A stretch of 64,000 nt of DNA from a virus, in the IMG/VR virus record IMGVR_UViG_3300048999_000192, positions 91,099-155,098 of that record; one strand, written 5' to 3'. A program made the translations under genes and the position numbers. Of the stretch, positions 56,053 through 64,000 are shown one piece after another; positions within the stretch are counted from its first letter, which is position 1; each line of letters begins with the position of its first letter. The notes under the pieces are model-generated. The model had not been told where the DNA came from, made no database searches, and saw only the letters and a list, made by a program, of their open reading frames with translations.

Positions 56053-59000
56053 ATGGCTGACCCCATTGACGTCCCGACGCCGCCACCGGGCTATCTCTCC
56101 ACGCCGAGCATGGCCCCGCTGACGGTCGACGGTCTCCCGCTGGCCGACGCCACCGGCGCGCTGCTGTCCACCCCGTCCACCCCGGGGCAGCAGCAGGCCG
56201 AGAGCCAGCGATTCTGGTCGACGCCGCCGCGCCCGCTCGGCGACCCGCACGACGAGGTCCTGCTGATCAAGCTGGCCAAGCCGACGCAGATCAACTACAT
56301 CGAGCTCGACCTACCGCACTTCCCGCATCATTTTTATATCTTCTACTGGGAACCGACCAAGAAGGCCTGGCTGGAGATCCAGGCGCAGCCGAACAAGTAC
56401 TCGGTGCGCTTCTACATCGACGGGGCGGTGCCGCAGGTCATCGGCCCGGCCAACGTGATGCAGGCACACCAGCACCCCAGCCACTACGGGGCGGACCACT
56501 GGGTGCACTACTCGGCCGACCTGGTGCCCTTCACCGCCACCAAGCTCCGGCTGTCCGGCAACCGCAACTTCGGCTCGACCAAGGGCGGCCCGGTCGACGT
56601 CCACGGCAGGCCTGCCAACTACGCCCTCGGCGTGCGCAACCTGGACTTCGGCACCCGCATCCTGAGCAGGCAGGATGTGCCGCTGACCGACCGCGACCCG
56701 GACATCATCACCGAGCGTGAGTCCTTCACGGTCGTCACGGACATCGCGGGCAGCCCGGTCGAGCTGTCCATGCGCGAGAACCGCGCGAGCGACCTGATCC
56801 TGGGGCGGATGTGGAAGTGCGAGCCCCAGCCCTTCTCCTACGCCGTCATCCCGCTGTACGTCGATGCCCGCGACCCCCAGGGCAACCCGCAGGTCATCGA
56901 CCGGTTCTACCTGAACCCGATCACCTCCGGCGTACGGGTCAATCTCTACTACTCCGAGACCCCGCCGGACGCGAGTGACTTCGACGCCGAGGACACGCCG
57001 CTGACGTTCCCGCTCACCCGCCAGGCGGGCCAGGGCATCCCCACGCTCGACAGCGACGGCCTGGCCTTCCCGGACAAGATCGCCTACATCGACGTCAGCA
57101 ACCAGGCGATGCAGTGGGACCCGACCAAGCCGTTCTGGGTCGGCGTGGACATCCAGCCGCAGTTCAACAGCTCCGCCACCACCGATCACGTCATCTGGGA
57201 CGCCGGGCCCTTCTCGCTGCTCTGGCGCGACCAGGAGTGGACTCTGGCCTTCGACGACGGCTACCTGACGCTGCCGCCGTATGACCACCAGATCAACCAG
57301 CACCTGCAGTTCGTGATCGGCTACGACGGCCAGCAGGTCAGCTTCTACTCGCCCGAGGGCGGGGTGATCCTGCTCCCGGCCACGATCGAAGACCTGACCG
57401 TGGCGGCCATCCGCTTCGGCGCGGAGGAGGGCTTCACCGACGAGGACCTGATCATCACCGGCGACTACCGGCTGCACTCCTTCGTGCTGAAGAAGGAGTC
57501 GCTGCCCTTCATCTCCGGTCCCGGCGGGATCGAGGTCCCCCAGCCGGTCGCCGACTTCATCTCCGACCCGGCCGCGTACGTGCTCAAGGCCCCGTACGCC
57601 GGGCAGGACACCGGCTCGACCAAGAACTCCCTGCTGCGCTTCGGCCTGCAGTTCGTGATGGGCACCCCGGAGAACGGGATCAACCCCTGGGGCTTCGTCG
57701 GCGGCCCCGACAACGTCTACGACGACGTGGTCTGGACCCCGATCAACCGGGACTTCACGCTGGCCAAGGGGTTCATGCAGTTCAATCCCACCCGCGCGGC
57801 CTGCTTCAAGTTCGAGTTCACCAACCTGCAGCCGCAGCCGTACGAGGTCTACCAGCCCAAGACCACCAAGGTGCAGGTCTTCCCCTCGGCCATCGTGGCG
57901 AGCTCCACGCCGACCCAGCCCTCCGGGGACTCCGGCGCGGGCAGCTCGGGCCTGATCGCCAACAACGACGCGGTCCACCCGCTGCAGTACGCCGACGCGA
58001 TCCGGCTGCGCTACACCGCGCCGACGCAGACCGCCCTGGGCGGTCTCCCGCCGACCGAGGCCATGTACGCCACCGACCCGGCGACCGCCCAGCGCCTCGC
58101 CCAGTACGGGGGCATGTACCACTTCCAGCCCTGGCAGCCGCCCGCGACCACCCCCCGCTTCAACACCACGGCCAGCCACTACTACGAGACCGTGGACGTC
58201 GTCCAGAACAGCCGGGTGGCCTACTTCGTCGCCCTGTCCGGCCTGAGCATGTACCGGGTCGACTACGCCACCGACGACGACACCGACCAGTACCTGGAGA
58301 CCTTCGGCGACCTGCTGCACGTCGCCTCCTCGAACTGGCCCTGGCAGCCGGGCGCGCTGTCGACCCCGGCGGACATCGCCGCGCCGGTGACGGCCACCTC
58401 GGTGGTCTTCCCCTCGCGCCGGAAGGTGCGCGGGATCCAGTTCGCCAGCCAGCAGAGCTCGGCGGTCCAGCTCCTGATCGACCCCGACTTCGACGATCCG
58501 GAGCTGCGCGCCTGGTCACCGGTCGGGGACATCGCCCCGCTGGAGCTGAGTGAGGACTTCAACGCCTCGGTCGGATCCACGGTCAAGATCCAGCGCGAGT
58601 CCGGCATCGACAACTGGGCCGACATGGAGGCCAACTGGGCATCCTGGGACGAGCTGGAGGCCTCCATCGCCGGGGACACCCGGCCGAACTGGAATGACCT
58701 GGAGGTCGACACCGAGGGCGGCACCGTCGGCGGGGTCGTCTACGGGGCCAACGTCGAGACGACCAAGGCGGGCCGCCTGTACGCCGCCGCGCGGGTCTAC
58801 ACCGACGTGCCCCTGACCGAGCCACTGGTCCTGCAGATCCTGGACGAGTCCGGCACCGTGCTGGCCGAGGCCGAGCGCACGGTCACCGGCGGCCACGTCA
58901 CCGAGTGGTACGTGGGCTACACGATCGGCGAGGGCGGCGGGACCGAGTCCGAGACCTGGGACGAGATCGAGGCCTCCAACGCCAGCCCGAGCCTGCCCAA

Positions 59001-59748
59001 CTACAACGACCTGGCCATCCAGACCTGGGACACGGTCGACACCACCGAGCTCCCGCTGGGCACCAAGGTCTCGGTGCAGCTCCTGCAGCGCGGCTCGACC
59101 ACCGACACCTTCTTCGTCGACAACCTGTCCCTGTTCGAGGACGCGATCGTCTGGGAGTTCTCCAACGACGGCGGGGCGAACTGGTGGCCGGTCTATGACA
59201 TCCGGAACGACCCGCACGGGGTCTTCATCTTCCCGGATCCGACCACCCCGACGATCTCCACGGGCACCCAGCTCATGTGGCGGGTCACTGGCTACCGGCC
59301 CTACCTGCACGTGAACAGCCTGGCCATCCGCCCCTGGTACGGGTCCCTGCCGCTCGGGGTGCCGCACCGGGAGCCGGGCATGGGCGGGCCGAACATGAAC
59401 CCGACCGACCACTTCCCCCCGGTCGAGCAGGACCCGCGCTGGCAGGCCTGGCATGAGCCGGTGCCCCAGGACTGGTGGTTCGTCCAGCGGCAGCTCCTGC
59501 TGCTCGGGCGCCCCTACATCCCGGTGGACACCTCCACGCCGAGCTCGCGGGCGAACGTCTGGCTCAACCCGGACGGCCTCGTGCCGATCCCGCCGGTCAC
59601 GCCGCCCGACGACAGCCCGCCGCCCGACGAAGAGCACATCGGCCCGGAGATCTACATCGACATCTACGGCGACCCGTACACCGGGACCTACGGTCCGGAA
59701 GCGGGCGGGGGCACCTACACCGATAACTACGGGAACGGGACATACTGA
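56053..59748 (+). CDS. Large baseplate/tail structural protein
   Basis: 1231 aa, beta-rich; WEFSNDGGANW Asp-box; position. Confidence 0.7.
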   Translation: MADPIDVPTPPPGYLSTPSMAPLTVDGLPLADATGALLSTPSTPGQQQAESQRFWSTPPRPLGDPHDEVLLIKLAKPTQINYIELDLPHFPHHFYIFYWEPTKKAWLEIQAQPNKYSVRFYIDGAVPQVIGPANVMQAHQHPSHYGADHWVHYSADLVPFTATKLRLSGNRNFGSTKGGPVDVHGRPANYALGVRNLDFGTRILSRQDVPLTDRDPDIITERESFTVVTDIAGSPVELSMRENRASDLILGRMWKCEPQPFSYAVIPLYVDARDPQGNPQVIDRFYLNPITSGVRVNLYYSETPPDASDFDAEDTPLTFPLTRQAGQGIPTLDSDGLAFPDKIAYIDVSNQAMQWDPTKPFWVGVDIQPQFNSSATTDHVIWDAGPFSLLWRDQEWTLAFDDGYLTLPPYDHQINQHLQFVIGYDGQQVSFYSPEGGVILLPATIEDLTVAAIRFGAEEGFTDEDLIITGDYRLHSFVLKKESLPFISGPGGIEVPQPVADFISDPAAYVLKAPYAGQDTGSTKNSLLRFGLQFVMGTPENGINPWGFVGGPDNVYDDVVWTPINRDFTLAKGFMQFNPTRAACFKFEFTNLQPQPYEVYQPKTTKVQVFPSAIVASSTPTQPSGDSGAGSSGLIANNDAVHPLQYADAIRLRYTAPTQTALGGLPPTEAMYATDPATAQRLAQYGGMYHFQPWQPPATTPRFNTTASHYYETVDVVQNSRVAYFVALSGLSMYRVDYATDDDTDQYLETFGDLLHVASSNWPWQPGALSTPADIAAPVTATSVVFPSRRKVRGIQFASQQSSAVQLLIDPDFDDPELRAWSPVGDIAPLELSEDFNASVGSTVKIQRESGIDNWADMEANWASWDELEASIAGDTRPNWNDLEVDTEGGTVGGVVYGANVETTKAGRLYAAARVYTDVPLTEPLVLQILDESGTVLAEAERTVTGGHVTEWYVGYTIGEGGGTESETWDEIEASNASPSLPNYNDLAIQTWDTVDTTELPLGTKVSVQLLQRGSTTDTFFVDNLSLFEDAIVWEFSNDGGANWWPVYDIRNDPHGVFIFPDPTTPTISTGTQLMWRVTGYRPYLHVNSLAIRPWYGSLPLGVPHREPGMGGPNMNPTDHFPPVEQDPRWQAWHEPVPQDWWFVQRQLLLLGRPYIPVDTSTPSSRANVWLNPDGLVPIPPVTPPDDSPPPDEEHIGPEIYIDIYGDPYTGTYGPEAGGGTYTDNYGNGTY

Positions 59749-61067
59749 TGACCGATCGCGCGCACTGCTACCGGCTCATCCAGGACGCGGCCGGGGACCT
59801 GCAGCCCAACTCCGTGATCCGGGTGCTCCAGCCGGGGACCGAGACGCTGATCTCCGACCCGCTGTACCCCGACAACGCCACGGTCAGCTCGATGACCAAC
59901 CCGTTCATCTCGGTGGACGGCACGCTGAACTTCTACCTGGACGTGCCGCAGCGGGTCCGGCTCGGGGTGACCAAGCCGGGCAGCGACGAGATCTTCTTCG
60001 ACGACGTCGACATCCTGCTGGACTCCAACGCCTCGATCGACCAGTCTCACACCGGCGCGGGCACCAACTCCACCACGGTGGGCACGACCGCGACCTCCAC
60101 CGGCGCGGGCGCGGCCTCCTTCGGCAACTCCGCCTCGGCCGACGGCAGCGAGGCGACGGCGGTCGGCCATTCCGCCGACGGGGAGGGCAGCAACTCCGTC
60201 GCGGTGGGCTCAGCGGCCGTCAGCACGGGCACAGGCGGCACCGCAGTGGGAAAGGGTGCCGTGGCCTCGGCCACGGGCGCGGTGGCCGTAGGGACGCTCT
60301 CAACGGCTTCTGGCAACAACGCCGGGGCGCATGGGGACAACGCGGTGGCCTCCGCCCAGCAGAGCACCGCCGTCGGCTCGGGCACCACGGCCAGTCACGT
60401 GCACTCCACCGCCGTCGGCGCGCAGGCGGCCACCACCGAGACCAAGCAGGTCATGCTCGGCCAGCCGGGCGACTTCGTGGAGATCCCCAACTTCATGACC
60501 CTGAAGTCGATCCCCGGCGGGATCAAGTACCGGGCCTACGTCCGTGACGATGGCACGTTCAGCCTGCGCTACCACTACCCGCTCGACGCGGTGAACCTGC
60601 TCACTACCGGCAGCCACGACGACGACTTCGAAGGTTCCAACGGCTCCTGGGCGGCCACGGCGGGCGCGATCACCAACAGCTCGACGTTCTTCTACGCCGG
60701 GGCGAGCTCGATGAAGATGACCGCCTCGGCCCTGAGCAGCCTCGCCACCTCGCTCAAGGTGGCCGCCGTGGCCGGGCACACCTACATCGGCAAGGCGCAG
60801 ATGTACCGGCACTCCGGTGACGGCACCGCCCCGACCCACTTCCAGGCCTGGCTGCTCTTCTACGACGCCAGCAACGCCCTGATCGGCTCGGCGGTGGCCG
60901 GTCCGGCCCAGACCATCGTCAACGACACCTGGTTCCCGGCCGACATCCGGGCGGTCGCACCGACCCTGACCACCCAGGTGGCCCTGCGCGTCGGTGTGGG
61001 CACCGGAGAGGGCCTGAGCGGCACGATCTGGTACGCCGACGCCGCCGGGATCTTCGACCTCGGCTGA
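59748..61067 (+). CDS. Tail fibre with YadA-head-like 14-residue repeats and carbohydrate-binding-like C-domain
   Basis: Repeats such as ATAVGHSADGEGSN, SVAVGSAAVSTGTG, STAVGSGTTASHVH; NLL..DFEG C-domain. Confidence 0.75.
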   Translation: MTDRAHCYRLIQDAAGDLQPNSVIRVLQPGTETLISDPLYPDNATVSSMTNPFISVDGTLNFYLDVPQRVRLGVTKPGSDEIFFDDVDILLDSNASIDQSHTGAGTNSTTVGTTATSTGAGAASFGNSASADGSEATAVGHSADGEGSNSVAVGSAAVSTGTGGTAVGKGAVASATGAVAVGTLSTASGNNAGAHGDNAVASAQQSTAVGSGTTASHVHSTAVGAQAATTETKQVMLGQPGDFVEIPNFMTLKSIPGGIKYRAYVRDDGTFSLRYHYPLDAVNLLTTGSHDDDFEGSNGSWAATAGAITNSSTFFYAGASSMKMTASALSSLATSLKVAAVAGHTYIGKAQMYRHSGDGTAPTHFQAWLLFYDASNALIGSAVAGPAQTIVNDTWFPADIRAVAPTLTTQVALRVGVGTGEGLSGTIWYADAAGIFDLG

Positions 61068-61073
61068 GCATGA

Positions 61074-61107
61074 CGAAGGGCCCCTCCCGTGGAAGAGGGG
61101 CCCTTCG
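61074..61107. terminator. Bidirectional terminator between convergent blocks
   Basis: CGAAGGGCCCCTC...GAGGGGCCCTTCG. Confidence 0.8.
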
Positions 61108-61118
61108 CGTTCGGTGGG

Positions 61119-61418
61119 TCAGGCGTGGTCGCGGACCAGGACCGGGATGGTGTCCTGGGGCTCCTTGGGCGGGGCGACCGGCTTGACGCTGATGAAGGCG
61201 ATCTCGGCGAAGTTCACGATGATCATGTGGCCGGTCGCCTTGCCCTCGTTGTCGAAGTCGCTGAAGGCGTCGACCGTCTTGGACCGCAGGCTCTCGGTGA
61301 GTTCGCGCTGAGCCGCGCCGACGGACTCCCAGCGGGCGCTCATGAAGTACTGCCGGTTGCCCTTGGGGGTGATGAGTTCGACGAACAGAACCGTGGGGTT
61401 CTGCTTGGCAATGGTCAT
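61119..61418 (-). CDS. Hypothetical protein
   Basis: AAGGAG RBS on minus strand. Confidence 0.7.
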   Translation of the reverse strand: MTIAKQNPTVLFVELITPKGNRQYFMSARWESVGAAQRELTESLRSKTVDAFSDFDNEGKATGHMIIVNFAEIAFISVKPVAPPKEPQDTIPVLVRDHA

Positions 61419-61447
61419 AAAGCTCTCCTTCGGGGTGAGATCGACCT

Positions 61448-61473
61448 AGCCTACTCCAAGGAATCCCGGAGTA
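61448..61473 (-). promoter_or_regulatory. Accessory promoter with operator and -10 TAGGCT
   Basis: Minus strand reads TACTCCGGG-ATTC-CTTGGAGTAGGCT. Confidence 0.6.
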
Positions 61474-61669
61474 CTACCCCGCGCAGCATCATGACGTGGC
61501 GCTCCCAGGGGATGCCGAACTTCTCATCCCAGCGCTCGTCCGGCCGGGTCCGCCCGAACGGCATGCCGCACTGGCACCGGCCGAAGAACTCGCAGTCGCC
61601 GTACTCGATCACCAGCGCGTGGCCGCCCTCCCAGAAGGTCAGCGGTAGCGGCTCCTCCTCAGCGGGCAT
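61451..61669 (-). CDS. Small Zn-binding-like protein (H..CQC..H)
   Basis: ATG at 61669 with GAGGAG RBS. Confidence 0.65.
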   Translation of the reverse strand: MPAEEEPLPLTFWEGGHALVIEYGDCEFFGRCQCGMPFGRTRPDERWDEKFGIPWERHVMMLRGVVLRDSLE

Positions 61670-61841
61670 CGCGCTCCTCCCGCATGCGACGGGTCTCCTC
61701 GCGGATCTCGGCCGCTTCGGCCAGCCGCTCGCGGGTGAGGCGCATGTTCCGCCGGATGTCCCGGTAACACCACAGTACGAAGACGAAGCCGCCCAGCGCG
61801 ATGGTGCCGCCGACGACACCGATCCATGCCCAAATATCCAA
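61659..61841 (-). CDS. Small single-TM protein
   Basis: TTG start after GGAGG; IWAWIGVVGGTIALGGFVFVLW. Confidence 0.6.
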   Translation of the reverse strand: MDIWAWIGVVGGTIALGGFVFVLWCYRDIRRNMRLTRERLAEAAEIREETRRMREERDAR

Positions 61842-61988
61842 TGATCCTCCTCGGGGAAACACGAAGGCCCGAGCGTCAGCGGCTCGGGCCTTCGATCGTG
61901 ACCCTGGCGCGGCCCCTCCGGGGAGGGTCTCCATCCGGCCAGGGCTCCAACAATACTTGGTAGCAGGTGGACCCGCAAGGGGAACGAA

Positions 61989-62021
61989 GAGAAGGGCCCG
62001 GTCCGAAGACCGGGCCCTTCT
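61989..62021 (-). terminator. Hairpin downstream of the tRNA
   Basis: GAAGGGCCCGGTC-CGAA-GACCGGGCCCTTC (UUCG loop on minus strand). Confidence 0.7.
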
Positions 62022-62067
62022 TCCCCTCAGCTCCCCCGAAGAGCTAGAGATCGGCACCTAGTGCCAG

Positions 62068-62141
62068 TGGCGCGAGCGGGATTCGAACCCGCGACCTTTG
62101 GGTTATGAGCCCAACGAGCTCCCGAGCTGCTCTATCGCGCT
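62068..62141 (-). tRNA. tRNA-Met(CAT), initiator (fMet) type
   Basis: Acceptor GCGCGA/TCGCGC with A1:C72 mismatch, D stem GAGC/GCTC, anticodon arm TTGGG-CTCATAA-CCCAA, T arm GCGGG-TTCGAAT-CCCGC; CCA not encoded. Confidence 0.9.
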
Positions 62142-62155
62142 GCGCCCAGGGTACC

Positions 62156-62518
62156 TCATACGCGGATCACGGTGTTCTTTTTGGTGGCCAGCGCCTGATT
62201 CGACTTGGAAGTGGCGGGGCCGCCCGGGGCCGGGCCGTCGGGATTGGTCTTCCCGAGGATCCGCAGGGCCTTGGCGATGCCGCCCGCGAGATCAACATCC
62301 TCGTCATCGACGACCAGGCCCATCCGGAATCCATCCCACCGGCCGCGTTGGGTCTGGCGGGCCTCGATCGTGAAAACGCAGTGCTGGCCAGCGCCGTTGA
62401 TCTTGTCGATCTCCAGGTTGGCGCAGCCCGGCTCGGGGTGGGTGATCTCCACGTCGAGGCCGCGCGAGCGCAGGATGCCTGCCTGGTGGAGGAGGAACGC
62501 GGGGGTGTCAGCGGTCAA
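62156..62518 (-). CDS. Hypothetical protein
   Basis: GGAGG RBS, TTG start. Confidence 0.65.
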   Translation of the reverse strand: MTADTPAFLLHQAGILRSRGLDVEITHPEPGCANLEIDKINGAGQHCVFTIEARQTQRGRWDGFRMGLVVDDEDVDLAGGIAKALRILGKTNPDGPAPGGPATSKSNQALATKKNTVIRV

Positions 62519-62583
62519 GAGAGCCTCCTAGATGACGTCGGGGCGGCAGGATCGCTCCCACCGCCCCGCACGTACACGGTACG

Positions 62584-63516
62584 TCAGGGGGTGTTCGGCT
62601 TCCCGACGTAGAGGGTGCAGGACTTGCCGCCCTGCTGGCACTCCCGGATGGTGTCCTGGAGGCCCAGCCAGTACTCCGCCTGGGAGCCGTAGAGCTTCTT
62701 GGCAGCCGCCAGCCGCTTGGCGTTGACGGCGGCGGCCTGCTCGGCGGCCACCTGCTGGTCGTACTGCTGCTCGATCGTCTTGGACGTCGGGGCCATGGCC
62801 GTGAAGTGGATCTGCGGGACACCGCAGGTCTTCTCGTCCGAGCCCGTCGAGCAGAGCCAGTTGATCTTCAGGCCCGAGGTCTCCTGCAGCGCGGTCGGGA
62901 ACTGCGCCGAGACGGCCTTGTCGAGGTCCGGCCAGCCACCCAGCGTCCAGGTGTTCGGGCCGAACTTGCCCTTGTTGGCCGGGTTCTCCATGACCTCCTG
63001 GAAGGCACGGTCGATGGCCGGGCCGACCTGCTCCTTGAGCATCTCGTTCCAGCCCGGGTCCGAGCTCTTGGCCTTACCCGAGTTGTCGCTGTTCTCCTGC
63101 GGGGAGGTCTCCGCGCAGCCGTACTTCAGGCACAGCTTGGCGAACCACTCCTTCATCACGTCGGCGTTCTGGTTGAGCTGGAAGGGCATCGTCGAGTAGG
63201 CGTACACCGGCGTGCCGGGGCTGTTGGCATCCCCCTGGAGCTTGGTGCCCTGGGAGGTGTCCCGGTCCCCGTCGTGGCCGGTGATGTAGTTGCGCGCGTT
63301 GCAGGGGAAGTACCAGGCGATCTCCTTGTCGCCTTTGCCCACCTTGTCGCCGGGGGCGACGATGCGCTTCACGTCCTGCTTGTCTCCGAACCCGCGCCCC
63401 GTGACGGCGGCGCACTGCCCGATCGAGGGCGTGGCGTTGGAGAAACAGGCGGTGAGCAGGGGGCTGGCGGCGACACACGCCACCGCCAGGCCTGCGACCT
63501 TGATCTTGGTCTTCAT
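62584..63516 (-). CDS. SPFH/band-7-like lipoprotein
   Basis: Lipobox LLTAC; GWNEML motif; C-terminal coiled coil. Confidence 0.65.
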   Translation of the reverse strand: MKTKIKVAGLAVACVAASPLLTACFSNATPSIGQCAAVTGRGFGDKQDVKRIVAPGDKVGKGDKEIAWYFPCNARNYITGHDGDRDTSQGTKLQGDANSPGTPVYAYSTMPFQLNQNADVMKEWFAKLCLKYGCAETSPQENSDNSGKAKSSDPGWNEMLKEQVGPAIDRAFQEVMENPANKGKFGPNTWTLGGWPDLDKAVSAQFPTALQETSGLKINWLCSTGSDEKTCGVPQIHFTAMAPTSKTIEQQYDQQVAAEQAAAVNAKRLAAAKKLYGSQAEYWLGLQDTIRECQQGGKSCTLYVGKPNTP

Positions 63517-63542
63517 CCGTGCCTTTCTTCGGGAGAGGACTT

Positions 63543-63836
63543 TCAGGTCAGCTCGGCAGCCTTACGCCTGGCCGAGTACAGCGCCTCCGAGACCTCATTC
63601 GGCATGGTCTCGTAGGTGAGCGGGTTGGCCGCGATCTCGCCGATCATCAGTGTGACGGCGTCGATGTTGGCCTGCGCGCCGGAGATGAGCTTGTAGGTCC
63701 GCGCCTCGATCTCCTTGCGCTGGGCGTTCCACAGGCGCATACGGGAGAGCCCCACGATCACGGCCCAGACGATCAGGACGAGCCCGACGACGCAGACCGC
63801 GATCAGGGGAAAGGTGGTCTCAATGGCGTATTGCAT
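63543..63836 (-). CDS. Single-TM membrane protein
   Basis: Hydrophobic N-terminus; GAGGGG RBS. Confidence 0.65.
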   Translation of the reverse strand: MQYAIETTFPLIAVCVVGLVLIVWAVIVGLSRMRLWNAQRKEIEARTYKLISGAQANIDAVTLMIGEIAANPLTYETMPNEVSEALYSARRKAAELT

Positions 63837-64000
63837 GACCCCTCTTGGATGTGGAGGAGGCCACCCCGGTTCCGGCCCCAGCTAAGCTCCCGGAACCGGA
63901 GCGACCTCCGCGAAGGTGCAAGTACGGACGGTCCACGCTCCGGGTAACCCCCCGGAAACCCCAAAGCCGTCCCGTCTCAAATGCACCTTGTCTGGATAGC

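Noticed and set aside
1-64000. CRISPR array, diversity-generating retroelement, integrase/att site or stop-codon recoding
   Set aside because: No regular repeat-spacer array, reverse transcriptase or recombinase recognised; the 28720/29443 repeats are not adenine-specific variants; genes are intact in the standard code

Overview
The window is ~64 kb of a high-GC actinobacterial myovirus (contractile-tailed phage). Gene content and order resemble, from recall rather than a search, the Bxz1/cluster C mycobacteriophage and Rhodococcus E3 type. DUF397-like peptides suggest a filamentous actinomycete host (inference). The + strand carries nearly the whole virion module: portal, prohead protease/scaffold, decoration and major capsid proteins, neck, sheath, tube, frameshifted tail chaperone, tape measure, baseplate and fibres. 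Two small early-type accessory islands interrupt it (2.2-4.5 kb, 16.5-18.8 kb), and a convergent minus-strand accessory block with a tRNA-fMet follows at 61-64 kb. No terminase or endolysin was recognised. The strongest candidate for an undescribed system is a set of His/Asp-rich polyproteins (4556-9211, 11622-14690 and the protease itself, 19005-23522). They string together unrelated effector domains (ADP-ribosyltransferase-like, ParB/Srx, HhH-glycosylase-like, Zn fingers) joined at a recurring [RKH]-[TQV]-A junction, which looks like the cleavage site of the phage's own prohead protease. Two stand-alone ParB-like genes share an MSLLW-xxA leader resembling a cleavable capsid-targeting tag. 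Other finds: a bipartite late-promoter motif (CTGT[CG]-N20-22-GAAGAGGTGA, 11 copies), a palindromic CCAAG-N4-CTTGG operator at accessory promoters, two unannotated mini-DUF397 peptides, an Acb2/Tad1-like protein and a probably inactive PhoD domain. All functional calls are from motif reading, not database searches.
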